From assembly GCF_009914755.1 (NCBI RefSeq), contig NC_060926.1: DNA of 64,000 nucleotides, one strand, 5' to 3'. The DNA comes from the human T2T-CHM13v2.0 reference genome, Homo sapiens. This document shows, in pieces, positions 30,170 through 43,340 of this stretch (positions within the stretch are counted from its first letter, which is position 1; every line of letters begins with the position of its first letter). The notes below the pieces were generated by a model. That model was given only the letters and a program-made list of their open reading frames with translations. It had not been told where the DNA came from and did no database searches. The translations under genes were made by a program, and so were the position numbers.

Positions 30170-30850
30170 TATGTTCTGATTTTCTTTAATTGAAGTACAT
30201 TAATAAGCATTGTAAAAATATTTTCCAATTGTATTACATATATTAAGCAAAAAGTGAGTTTCCTTCATATCCTTCTCCAATTTACTCCCTTCTTAATTGA
30301 TAACCACTGTCAATGTATTTTGTGCCTGTCTTTAAGTCTTTTTCTGTGGACAGTAAAAACTGCTCTCTTGGTATTCTTTCTGCTTTGAAACATACTGATG
30401 AACCTCATTCATTTTTATATCTGTAGACCATCCCTTATTATGATGTCACTACTCATTTAACTATTTCCATAAAGAAGGACACTTGAAATTATTTTCAAAT
30501 TTTCAATATCACAAAGAATGCTACAATAAGCACCTGTGTAATTCTGGAGAATGTGTTTCTGGACATGGAATTATCAGTCAAAAGGTTTGTGCTTTGAAAA
30601 ACTTTCACAGATAATGCCAAATTACTGAACAAAAATACTGTATCACCAATGATGTAGACAAGAGCCTGCTTCCCAGTCCCTTGCCAATACTGAATATTGT
30701 CAATGTTAATATCTGCCAGTCTGGAGTGTGTTTGTTTAATTGATATCTCTGGGTTTCAATTCACGTTTCCTTGATTATTAGAGAGATTGAGCATCTTTTC
30801 ATACGTATATTGGCAGTTTGAATTTCTTTTTTTTTTATTAAGTACCTGCA
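30170..30850 (-). mobile_element. Old L1ME fragment
   Basis: agagagattgagcatcttttcatacg, cccttgccaatactg and gataatgccaaatt. Confidence 0.6.
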
Positions 30851-31509
30851 CAGAATGCAAAATGTGCCCAATTTCTCAATGATTTCTTCTTTTAGATTTT
30901 ACTGAAATATTTCAGAGGATACTCTAATTCCACTAAGGAAATAAGAGTATATTTGTAGTTATCTTCAAACTGGAAATAATTTCTTTTTGCAGGATGTTTT
31001 TTCTTGACTACAAAATTAACCATACTAATGGTAAGAAAAAGGATTCAGATTTGCAGATAATTATAAATAAAAAAGTATTAAGAACACAATTGAGAAAATT
31101 CTGAAAACCACTTGCAATAATGACCTCAAGTTACCCACTGTTAAGGTTTGGGTACTTATACATCTATGCTTTACATGGGTTTTTAGTACATCATTTTACA
31201 AAGTTGACAGAGATTATATGTGTTGTTTTCAAACCTAATTTATTTTGCTTTTATTGTGAAAATAATGCAAGCTTCTAGTAAAGCATTGCAAATACTAAAA
31301 AAGTGTGATGTGAAATGCAAAAGTCTCTGCTCCACCCTTCCACTGTGAAAACTAATTTGTGGTTTGCTAAATTCCTTCTTCAAAAACTGTCTGCCCTTTT
31401 GGCATTCAGAACCATTTAGAAGGACTACTTAAGAAATAGTGAGGTGGAAATTCTCTCAAAATATTTGCTGGAAATAATCAGAATTTTGCATCTCCTAAAA
31501 TATCATGGG

Positions 31510-31700
31510 ATTGGGGGTCTTAACATGATTGGATTCCCATTTCTGCCACTTACTAATAGTAGGATCTTAACTATTATTTCATCTCTCCTCAGTCTTCTCA
31601 ATTGTAAAATAAGATTAGTAACATATACCTCTCCAAGATACTCTGAGGATTAAATGGCAATACTACTATCTGACACATGGGAAAGTATCCAGTAAATATG
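31510..31700 (+). mobile_element. MIR
   Basis: tctgccacttact...cctcagtcttctcaattgtaaaat...gaggattaaatg. Confidence 0.7.
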
Positions 31701-34700
31701 ATTTGAATTTGAATTGTCCAAACTACTCTATATAACTATATTTATCTTACAGCTAGGTTTATACAGGAAATATTATATTGACCTTATTTATTTATATCCA
31801 ATAGTCTGTGTCTTCTCACAAAGATCGCAAACAAGATTTCTTTTTAAGTGTTGTGTATAACATAAACACTTCACTAGGTCATAACATTTTCTTTTCAAAC
31901 AAAAGGAGTCTAAATTGTATGGAAATCATTATGTCCTAAAAATCAAAAGAAACATAACCCTAAAGAGCAAGTACCTAAAATCTACCAGGAACCAGTCTGT
32001 TCTTTTTAAGTGACTTATTTAATTCTGGGTATCTCACTGTTTCTATGATGAATCTGTTGTGGACTCGATAGTCTTTAAATAGCAGATTTAGCCAGAATTG
32101 TGTCAAAAATTAATATGATCCATATTCATGGCATTTTCAGAACTACTCCTTTAGGAATTTCTATTCTAGTCTGGATAAAAAGAATTAACAATTAAAAATA
32201 TCTTCCCACTGCTTACCTTCCTTTTAACTTCTTTTTTTTTTTAATTGTTTTTCTGAGGTAATGTCTTTTTTTTTTTTTAAGTAGTAAAGGTTATTATAGC
32301 TTATTTGAGGCAATCTGCTTTTGAATTCTTGAATGCTTTAAACCTGGCTACCTAATCTACTCTTAGCTATATTGAGATTACCCTGAAAAGCTGTAAAGGA
32401 ATAATTTTGAGCTGGTGATTCATATTGTGAAGATGATTTTATTTATAATCTGTGATAATAGAGACGACCGTGTTAGGGAATCTATACCTCAGAACCCTGT
32501 GAAATATGGTAAGGGCCAGAAATAGTTGTCATGTTTTCTAGTATGAAAATATAAATGCTTTTCCAAGATTCACAACTGAAATCTAGACAGTTTGTTGGGA
32601 GAGTTGAAAGTCAGGGTAGTCTAATTTGAAAGTTTATACCTCTAGTCAGTTAATACAAGTTAATCGCAACTGGTTACTAAATTAGGCAGATATAGAGCTT
32701 GGTTTCTCCAGCATAGAAAACACAGGGGTCCAGTGTTTTACTCTTTTATACCTCTAAGTAACTTACCCAACCCTATTTAAGCCTAAATGTGGTAGCTCTC
32801 AATTATATATAACATTATTTTTCTCGATGAACTGTTTCATTTTTATCTATGTCATTTAAATCTTCACAAAATCACTGAAAGACACTTCTCTTCACTAACA
32901 CTCAAACTGGGAAGAATTGAAGGGGTGGAAAATATGACACAATGTAGCATGGCAAGGAGATAAAGACCATATTTTTTCTACCCATTAAAACCTGCGACAA
33001 GGCCACAGAGGCCCTGGAGTAAAATGAAGATTCATTGTATGGCAGCCTACAGGAGCTTTGTTGTAGTCTATATGGTGCAGACAATGTGTCCTTTCACATT
33101 TGTATTGATGTCTAGAGATAATCATCAAAATGACCTTGAGAATGTGGAGATGAAAAACAGATATCAGTTCAGTCCTTGGTTTTTCTGTAGTCTGTTGCAC
33201 CTCACTGAGGAATTATAACATTTTAGAGTGGGAAGCATTTTTTAAATCTTTAGCAATTAAATTGCCATTATACATGTAGGACCTTGAATATTCTAAGGTC
33301 TGGCTAAATATCCCTAGCCTTAGCAAGGAATTTCAGATGTAGTGAAATGTTAAACATTCCTCTCAGAACCATGCTGATCATTGTTAATGATTTGAGGACA
33401 AAAACAAGGACATTAATAAAAAATCCATCACATTTTTAAATGACAATGGCAATGCATGAACAAAAAGATTTTAAAAAGTACAGAGAAAGATATGGGTGCC
33501 AAATGAAAAGAGGCAAAATGTTACTTTGATATTGTAGAATATTATTATAAATAAGACTCTATTTTAGAGAGCATGTCAATGTATCAGTGAGCCTGTGGAT
33601 AAATTATAATGTGGTCCTGTGGGAGAAAGAAAAATCAAGGGGAACAGAGTGGACAATTTATTTTGAATAGAGTGGGAATGGTATTAACAGCTCAATTAAG
33701 TGCCAACAGTTTAGAATTAGCTAAGAGTCATTGTCTTCCTGGGACAAATAAATTCTAGCTGTTCTAATTTGCTTTATGTTTCACATAAATGTGAACTAAA
33801 ATATGCTTACGTTGTTCCTGTTGACAACAGAGCAAACCAAAAAAAGGCTTCATTTGCTGAGTAGAAATAAAGATTCATTCATCCTTGTTTTCCAGAACAC
33901 CATCAAGGCACACTATTCTTCAGTTTCTATATTTAGAGCAATGTAGGTATATTTTCACCAGATAAATGTGGCACAATCCATCCTGAATCTTGTCCATTCC
34001 TTGCTGTCCTACTTTCTCCCTCTGTCACTTGCACATGCTTACTGGCTAGTCCTTGGGAGGCTACCATCCCTCCTTGGGCAAGGAATGCTTTCAGAGTCGA
34101 TTGTTCTGTGCAAGAACAGCCATTTGGGAACATGATGGATATAAGCTTTTTCTCAAACATGGTTTCCTTGCAATTTTAGCTTTACCACATAACCTGCCCT
34201 TCTCCACCTCCCCTTCCAAAGAAGACTTACTTTTTTTTTTCAATTCTGAAATCAACTTCTTAGATCTACTTTTCCTTACCTTTTTCTATCATCTGCCTCC
34301 AGAACTGGACAGCTTTTATGCCTCCTTCTTACGCTATCATTCTTTGATTCCAAATATTCCCGAGCTTTAGATGTAATTCCAAGGTTGTTCCCACATGGAG
34401 TGTTGAAATTCCTGTTTCACCCCTGCTAACTCAAACTAATACCCCCAGTCATTTCATCTCAATTCAGAGCCCTAGGCTGACATACTGTCACGTGTTCTCC
34501 CAACCCCAATATGAGCTCTATAAAACAATGTTGAAACAGACACTGGAAAAGTTCCCACCAGGAGAAAATGAAGTTTCCTTCGCACCTTATTTCCATGATG
34601 TCTTATTTATTTTTCACAAAATCTTTTAGTCTCCCTCTATACCCAAGTGAATAGTGGGAACTCCTGCTGCCCTCTGTCTGCCACTGATCTTTCTTTCTCT

Positions 34701-35859
34701 GTTGTCCCTTGGTGCTAAATCACAAGTGGAGATGGAGAAATTTTAAGATAAAAACTCTCACATGTGTCTTATGTGTATCCAGTAACAGCAGCAGTCAGTT
34801 TCAAAAGCCCCTGCAGATCTTGCTAATAGCTATTCCTGTCTAATTCTAGCTGTTCGCTGCTAAAATAGAAAGCTGGGAGAACAAAGTTGTATTCCCAGAG
34901 GAATTTAAAACTGTGGCACTTCATAACAAGTAAAAATAAAGTATGTTTAATAAAGTGCTGATTTCCAAACTGTATGGCTATACCGTGAAACCTTGGATTA
35001 CCACTCTGCTTCTTGTAGCAAAAAAGAATATACGAATTATTAAAAAAAAAAATCTCAGAACTCCAAACACATTTAGGCTGTGATGTCAACCTGTTTTCAA
35101 GTGAGCCAGATGCATAGAAGGAGAGCTTCAGAAAGCATTTTTAGAGTTGCAAAACAAATACATAAATTCAATAAATATGAAAAGTGTGAAAAAACATTCA
35201 TATTTATTTTCATTGGGGAATCTAACCTATTAATTATTATGGCACAATGATAAATCATCAAGACAGCTATATTCCTTGCTTAAGAAAACTTTATGAAAAA
35301 CTTTATCATCACAACATGGGGAACCCAGGCTGCTGAGCAGGCCAGTGTTCTGACACAGAATCTTGGATTACATTTCTCTCTCCACATCTTTCATTTATCA
35401 GCATGTTGGTCAGTGTGGCTCAAGTGGAAATTTAATTGAAAGAGAAGAAAGCTGTTAGTTTTTCTGCAAACATCTGAATAAAGATCTTACAGAATTCTCA
35501 ATTAATGTAAATGTGTTATATAGTAAAATAGTCTCAAGACAGGATTCCACTTCCTGGTGCTCTTAAGCCACCCACTTGAGACCCTGCAGCTATCTCAGTA
35601 ATCTGAACAGAAAACCGATCATGCTTTCCAGCACAAAGCTCATCCTCAGACAATCAGTATAGGGTGAGATATACTTTGGTTTTTGAAAAAGAAGTTAGGC
35701 GATTGTCAACTGTGGACGCAATAGGATAATAAAAGTTAAAATTTATTGAGTTCACCATGAACCAGGTATCTGATCATCACTTTGTAGTTACATCTCCTTT
35801 AATCCTCACCAACCTAAAAGGGGCAAATTATCATTATCTTCTTAAACAGTCATCCTGAG

Positions 35860-38622
35860 ACCCTCTATCACCTTCTCCTTCCCTGAAAATGTTAGCTCTT
35901 GTCTCACTGTTTTTCTCTCTCTAATACCATACCTTCATAATTTATCTATTTTTTATTTTTTTATTTTTTTTTGAGATGGAGTCTCACTCTGTCATCCAGG
36001 CTGGAGTGTGCAATCTTGGCTCACTGCAACCTTCGCATCCTGGGTTCTAGCGATCCTTCTGCCTCAGCCTCCCAAGTAGCTGGGACTACAGGTGTGTGCC
36101 ACCATGCCCGGCTAATTTTTGTATTTTAGTAGAGACAGGGTTTCACCATGTTGGCAAGGCTGGTCTTGAATGCCTGACCTCAGATGATATGCCTACCTCG
36201 GCCTCCCACAGTGCTGGGATTACAGGTGTGAGCCAATGTGCCTGGCCATACCTTCGTAATTATTTGTAATATCAACGTTCATGTAGATGATTCTTCCAGT
36301 GGTAGTTTTGTGATTATGTTCTCCAACCCTGTTACATTTCATTTTTTTCCTATGTATGTACCATAGACATTTTTATGACCAGTAACTGTAGTCTTTTAAT
36401 TATCTCAATCTCAAGCAGTCATTGTCTAGCCTCTACCTCCTATCTTTCTAGCTCTCTTCTTCCAGTGATCAGAATCCTATAGCTCTTCGACCTCACTGGG
36501 ACCTACCCTGCATTGATCCCACCACCTTTCCAAGTCCATCCTTCTTTACTAAAATAACCTAAATTTCATGCTCTATCATTGTAATCACTTCCTTAAGTTT
36601 ACTTTCAATTCCCTTTGCCCATCTCTCTTGCTTTATAGTATATGCCTGGTATGACCCCATATTCTATACCTATTTTCATACAGCCAAACGTGGCTGGAGA
36701 AAGTGCACAACTGTGCTAAGGTATTTCCATTTAAATTCATAACCACTAATTTCAGCTGAATATAGGTGGTAGCCACCAATTCTTATTTCTCAGATCCACT
36801 CATTTCCTCCCTATCCAGAAGATTTCTTTCTTTTCTTACTGCAAAACTTCAGTTTCTCTCCGCCCTCATCTTCATGATCTTGTTTCCCATTTCACTGATA
36901 AAATAAAAGCAGAATAGAACTTCCATAGGCTTTCCCACAAAATTTCTACCTTCCATTTGTCATTATGGATGTTTATGTTTCTATCCAAAGCCAGCTATTC
37001 AACTGGTGCAGTAGGTCCCATTTCTTGGTGGCTACCCAAAGACACTGCAGCAGATGCCTCACTGTCCTACATCATCATCTCCTTCTACTATATCATTTCT
37101 ATCAGCATATAAATATACTGGCTTTTAAAAAAATTTACAAATGAAAAGTTTCCTTCCCCCATGTTACCTTCCATCTACTGCCCCATTTCTTACCCATCTG
37201 CTTAGCAAAACTCCTTCAAAGAGCTATTTATCCTCTGATCAGGCATTGTCTTTACAACTTCATCAAAACTGCTTGTGAAGATCACAGTGCCTTTCGCGTT
37301 TCTAAGTCTAATTGTAAATTTTCAGCCATCCATTTACTTGACCCATCAGTAGTTGTAGAGAGTTGATCACTCCCTCATGCATGCTACACAATCCCCGCTA
37401 CTCCTCATTTTTTTAAGATGCTCTTTGCTGCCAGGAAACCACACTCCTGTTTTTTCTCCTATCACATTTTCTGCCTCTTATATTCCTGTGCTGGTTCTTC
37501 CTCATTTCCTCAATCACTAAACATTGGAGTACACAGGACTTAGTCCTTAGACTGCCTCTTTTTCCTACCTGGGCTTTAAATATTATCTGTTCACTGGAAA
37601 ATTTTTATCTTTAGCTTGAAATCCTTCCATGAACTTCAACTTTTATATAGAGAGATAGATAGAACTACCTATTTGACATCTCCACTTGAGTAATAGACAT
37701 CTCAAAGTTAATTTGAACTAACCTGAACTCTTGTTCTTACCCATCATTCTGAAAATCTTTGAAGACTTTCCCAGAACAAACTGCTAACATCCTTATTGTA
37801 ATTGGACAGGTGAGGATCCTTGGACTCAAGACTGTGTCCTCTCTTTTTCCTCACCCAAACATTTAGCAAATTCTTTTGGCTTTACTCCAACAAATATTCA
37901 GAATAAATCATTTTTTTACTACTGTGTGATCCAAGCCACCATCATCTATTATCCGGAAGTTTGGAATAGCCTCCTAATGAGGCCCCTGATTCCACCTTGC
38001 TCTCCTTTCAAACAGCCAGAGTCATCTTAAACCTCATGCAGATCATTTATTCCTCTGCTCAGGACTCTCCACTGACTCTATTTCACTCAGAGTAAAAGTC
38101 AAAATTCTTACAATTGCCTGCAAATTATAACACTGTCTGCTGATTTTCTCACTTCCCCGATCACATCACCCACATCTGACTTCATCTCCTCACTCCCTCA
38201 CTTGCTCCTCGTCTCCAACACTCTGGCATCCTTGTTAGTCGTTGAACATCTCAGATCCTTTGCATTTGCTATTTCTTCTTTCTGGAATTCTCTCTACCCC
38301 AGATATTCTCTTGGCTTACCTCCTCACCTCCTTCAGGTCTTTGTTCAAATGTTGCTTCTCAATGCACCCTTCCCTAATCAGAAAAGAATTGCTTACCACC
38401 CCCTCCAACACAAGACTCTACTTCCTTCTCCAATGCACTTACCACTATCTGATATACTGTATACTTTAGTTAGTTTCTTTTTGCCTACTTATTTGCTTTG
38501 TCCCCTTTTTCTCCCACTTCCACCAGAATGAAAGCTCCTTGAGGGTAAGACTTTTTGTGTGCCTAGAATAATACCTGTAATATAGATAGCATGTGTTCAA
38601 TAGATACTTTTTCACGAATGAA
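35860..38622 (+). mobile_element. Long L2a element interrupted by an Alu
   Basis: Extended pyrimidine-rich L2 ORF2 and 3' sequence (ccaagccaccatcatct, tcactcagagtaaaagtcaaa, gaatgaaagctccttgagg) ending gaatgaatt. Confidence 0.85.
35948..36247 (-). mobile_element. AluS element
   Basis: Dimer with a small deletion. TSD ataccttc(a/g)taatt at 35929 and 36248. Confidence 0.95.
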
Positions 38623-38627
38623 TTGAG

Positions 38628-38735
38628 CTTTCATTTTACAGATGAGGAAACTGGATTCAAAAGTACAAGCCCAAAACCATAGAGCAAGTAAGCTGTGCCA
38701 CTAAGAATGGAATGCGAGCAATATGACTCCTGTGG
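38628..38735 (-). mobile_element. MIR fragment
   Basis: Core cattttacagatgaggaaactg. Confidence 0.7.
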
Positions 38736-38949
38736 CATATTTTCTGACCCTTTTCTCCTAGAGGCCTCTAAATGGCTTGCCAAGTCATTCAGCCTCTTCT
38801 TTTGGGCCTGTTTGCCAGATACTGGACTAGGAGCTGGGTAGTCAATCACTAACCTGACATACTTTGCCTACTCATTGATGGTGAAGCTGGGATGGTTACA
38901 TAGGTGAGAAGGACCACTATCAATACAATTGGGCAAATAAAATGGAAAC

Positions 38950-40030
38950 AATGACAAAAGGCTCTTATCCCAGTTTTGTGAATTCAGAGGCTGAATCGTA
39001 ATATGTGAGTAGGCATTAGTCAGATGAAGAAAAGAGGAGCTATTTCAGATAATATGAAGAGCATGTGCAATTTCATGAAGGCATGAGGTTGCATTTTATA
39101 TTCAGCTTCTATTATTGGGGAATAAAAACAATATAGGATATGATCAAAGGTAAGACTGAGACGGGAAGTGGAGTCCAGATGGTGGAGGGACTTGGTGCCA
39201 TGCCCAGTATCTTCACAGTGTGTCTCTCAGGAGTTTAGCAGGGGAGTTCCTTGGTTTAGATTTGTGTTTTAGATTGCCTACCTGGTAACACTGTGAAAAG
39301 GGGCACCAATGACTAGACCGGTGCCATGGTCTCTTTAGGGGAAGACAGCAGTAGCAGGGATGCTGCTGAAGGTGCGGAACTGAGAAACATTTGGAGGAAA
39401 AGTCAGTGATTATTAGTAACTAAATAAGTCAAATTAGGGGTAGGGAAGGAAAGCATTGAGGGTAATTCCAGGTTTCTTGGATTCAGCAACTGGGATAGTG
39501 TTATTGGACTAAGATAGGAGATGCAAGAGGAGAGGGATGTATGATGGCAATGACTATAGGTTCACTGTTTGACACACTGACTTTGCAATTTCTGAGGCAA
39601 ATCCAAGTGGTGAAACAAGTTTGAAGGTCTAAAGAGATGTCAAGTTTAGAGACGTAGATACGGAGGTCATCTACAAAAAAATAAAAGTCAAACCCTGAGA
39701 ATGGATTAGATTGCCAAGGCAAACAGAAGGGGAGCAGGAAGTAGTGGGTCAAGAACTTTGGGGACGTCCAAGTGGGAATGGTTGCAGGAGAGAAGGTTGG
39801 ATGAAGAGGGACCTGCATGGCAACCAAGAATCAAAAGTCAGAGAGGTGGAAGAAAACTAGGAGAATGTAATGTGAGTGACAAAAATAGAACATTTCCAAA
39901 GGTCTGAGAAAAATAAGAAAAAGAAAATCTGTACTGAAAAGGTCAGTTTTAAAAGATCGGTGGGAGAAGATTTATTGAATCTGAGTGAGAGATGAGAAAG
40001 TAGAATAATTCTCAAAAATATTGGACAGAA
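38950..40030 (-). mobile_element. Old L2 fragment
   Basis: Purine-rich antisense L2 motifs, e.g. tttagatttgtgttttaga and aattccaggtttcttgg. Confidence 0.6.
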
Positions 40031-40315
40031 AATGAGGGTGGAACAATATCAATATAGCAATGCAAGAAGAGCTTCTCTTGTTTTGGCTTTTGAATAAAAT
40101 GAGAGGGTGTGATCTGAACTAATAGTTAGCCTGAACACACTGAAATTACCCAATAGTTGTTTACAGCTGGTACCAGCTCTAATTGACTAACTTATCTATT
40201 TGGATTGGTTAGAAACCAGAGTCATTGCTAAATATCTTTAATATTCTCCTCAGTGTGATTATAGGCTGAGCGGAAGTCGAAAAGGAAGGGTGGCAAAAGT
40301 GGCAATCTTGTATAG

Positions 40316-40661
40316 CAAGGGTCAGCAAACTATGGCCTGTTGTACAAATCTGCCTCACTACCCATTTGTATATGGCCTTTAAATAGTGGTTTAAATTTTT
40401 AAGTGATTGAAAAAAAGAAAGAAAAGAACACTTCATGACACATTAAAATTTTATTAAATTCAAATTTTAATGTCTACATATAAAGTTTTATTGGAACACA
40501 GACACATTCATTTGTTTACATACATTTATATATTTGTTTATCTACAGCTGCCTTCGCATTAAAACAACGGAGTTGAGTACTTGTGACGGCAACCATATGT
40601 TTTGCAAAAGCCTAAAATATTTACTGTGTGGCTTATTACAGAAAGAACTTGTTGACTCCTG
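40316..40661 (+). mobile_element. MER58 (B-length) hAT-Charlie MITE
   Basis: TIRs caagggtcagcaaac / cttgttgactcctg, internal ttttattggaacacag, and a degenerate 8-bp TSD ttgtatag / gtttatag. Confidence 0.85.
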
Positions 40662-42937
40662 GTTTATAGTATCATATCTGTGAAGAAAGAGGGAGAGGGA
40701 GTTGAGAGAGGGAGAAAATGGGATCGAGGGCATTTAAGGAAAGATTGGCCTTGAAAAGAATAAAAGCATACTTCATCTTGTAAAACTGGGGGAAAGGATG
40801 ATAGGACTGTGCAAATATAGACCAGTTTGTTGGTGCTGGAGGAGAAAGAGGAGGGAGCTCCCCCCACAACCATATATACCCCACACTCTTAAGTTAAATG
40901 TTTTGGCTGCCGTTGATCATGACATTTTAGAGGACAAAAACTGTGTCGTATTCATCTCTGCCTCCCCCACAGCTTTCAGCACAGTGCCTTCCTTTCAGCC
41001 ATTCTCACTAAATATTTAATTGAATCCCAGGTGAAACTCTATTATAAGCACATTCCTAGAAACCTCTGCCCTTAGGGGCTTGCATTTAATTCTCTTACTA
41101 TGTAGCCTGCATTTATTAAAGTTTGATGTTATGTTTAGAGGTGTGAAGAAAATGGAATCCAGTTTCTTATTTAATTTTCACTTTGCTAAATGGAGTCAAT
41201 ATTGTTAGAGAGAGTTAATATTCTTATTAATGTTGGCCATTTTTCCCTTTTTTCAACCTGAATAGTTCCATAAGTTACTAAGGGAATTTTGAGAATAAAC
41301 ACTATACAAAGAGAAGGTATTCCTGCAGATTTTTTAAAAGCCACTAACAATGTAAAAAGAAAATCGGGACCACAGGGAGAGTTGAAAAATTAAGGGGGGG
41401 AAAAAACTATTGTAGAGTAGAGAATATGGCAACACTTGGTTATTTTATTTGGCCAGCATGGTGGAGTTTAACAGTCTGAATATCAATGTCCTTGGGTATA
41501 CTCTACTCATTCACTGCCATTGTCACAGTTGCTGGTGTCTTATACCTGCTCATACAAATATACTGCCAGCCTGGATCTTAAAAGAATTTAAATGTATAAT
41601 TGCTGATGAAGGGTTATCTGAAAGCACAAGAGCAGTCCACATGACCAGCTTGAGGTTTACCTTTTATCGTGGCATGTATATTTTCAAAGGTTTTACATAA
41701 GTTAGTGAGCAATTTTCTCTGCCTTTTGGGAGGACCATATCTGTATCATTTAAATTGCTGTTTCCATTTAAAAACCATTTGTAGAAAAGAAATCCATCAT
41801 TCCACTGTTAAACAAGGGGAAAATGTTCAGGTAAGATAATAAAAGAGTTTGTAAGACACACACACACATTTACATGAATATACACATATTTACTCTGATT
41901 AGCCAAATCACCAGATTCCTCTTGTTTATTATGTAGCCGCAATAATTACAAATTAAAAAAATTAAAGTAAACAGCATGCATGTGAAAGTGTCAATGATTT
42001 TACGTATTACTCAATTTATAGTGAATGGGAAAATTAATTTTGCCAGCACTCAGTTATCTAATGTTCTTTAGTTCCCACAATCAATCTTTGCATCTCCAAA
42101 GGGAGCTGTACACGTGATGACCTATAATGACATTCATCTTGCCATGATTATTCTCATTATTAATCTTCCGATAGGCATAGATTGCTGAAAGGGATACTCT
42201 AATGTGACTGATGACAGTGGTATAGTTCCCAACTAACCAAATCTACAAACTCATCTAAATCATCTATGGTACAGCATAGACTAGAGGGCAGCATAGGCTT
42301 CAGTAAGGTGATGTGTCAGAGACTACTGAGAGAGAGAGAGAGAGAGACAGAAATATGCAAAGAAGAAAAAAGCAAATTAGTTTGCCTGTTAATCATATAG
42401 AAATTGGAATATAGGAGTTTTTATTTCTTCTGACTATTTTCATTATATTCAAAATTTTGGTTCATTGCTACTTTGCCACTTTTGTTAATAAATCTCTCTG
42501 GTACTAGAAAAAGAGCTTGGTCTGTGAAGGTGAGAAATACAAATAATACAGTCTCTCAACTGTTGATCTCTACTGCTGAAAGTGTCCCCTTTAAGATCAC
42601 TTGTTCTACATGGTGTAATACTCCTCATAGATAAAGGCTAAGTGAAATAGGATATGGTCTTCAGTTGAACAAGCTTTTTACTATCTTAATTTTTAGCTTT
42701 CTAACTGATAAAACTTTAAATACACTAGACCAAGATAAATGCTAGGAAACTGATATTTTTTAAAAAATGAACAAAAAATAATTTATTAATAGACTTTATA
42801 GAAGGAGTCCCAGAGTCATTCACAAGTAAAAGAAAAGGGATGTGTAATGAAACTAATAGTGGTGCTAATGAGGAAAATCAAGCTCTATTTGTCACCATTT
42901 AGCTTTGACACATTAGAATGTAAAATAATACAATTAA

Positions 42938-43340
<403 letters not shown>

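Noticed and set aside
38500-39000. Tail-to-tail L2 arrangement like those that gave rise to miR-28/miR-151
   Set aside because: The two L2 ends are separated by a MIR and unique sequence, and I see no tight hairpin.
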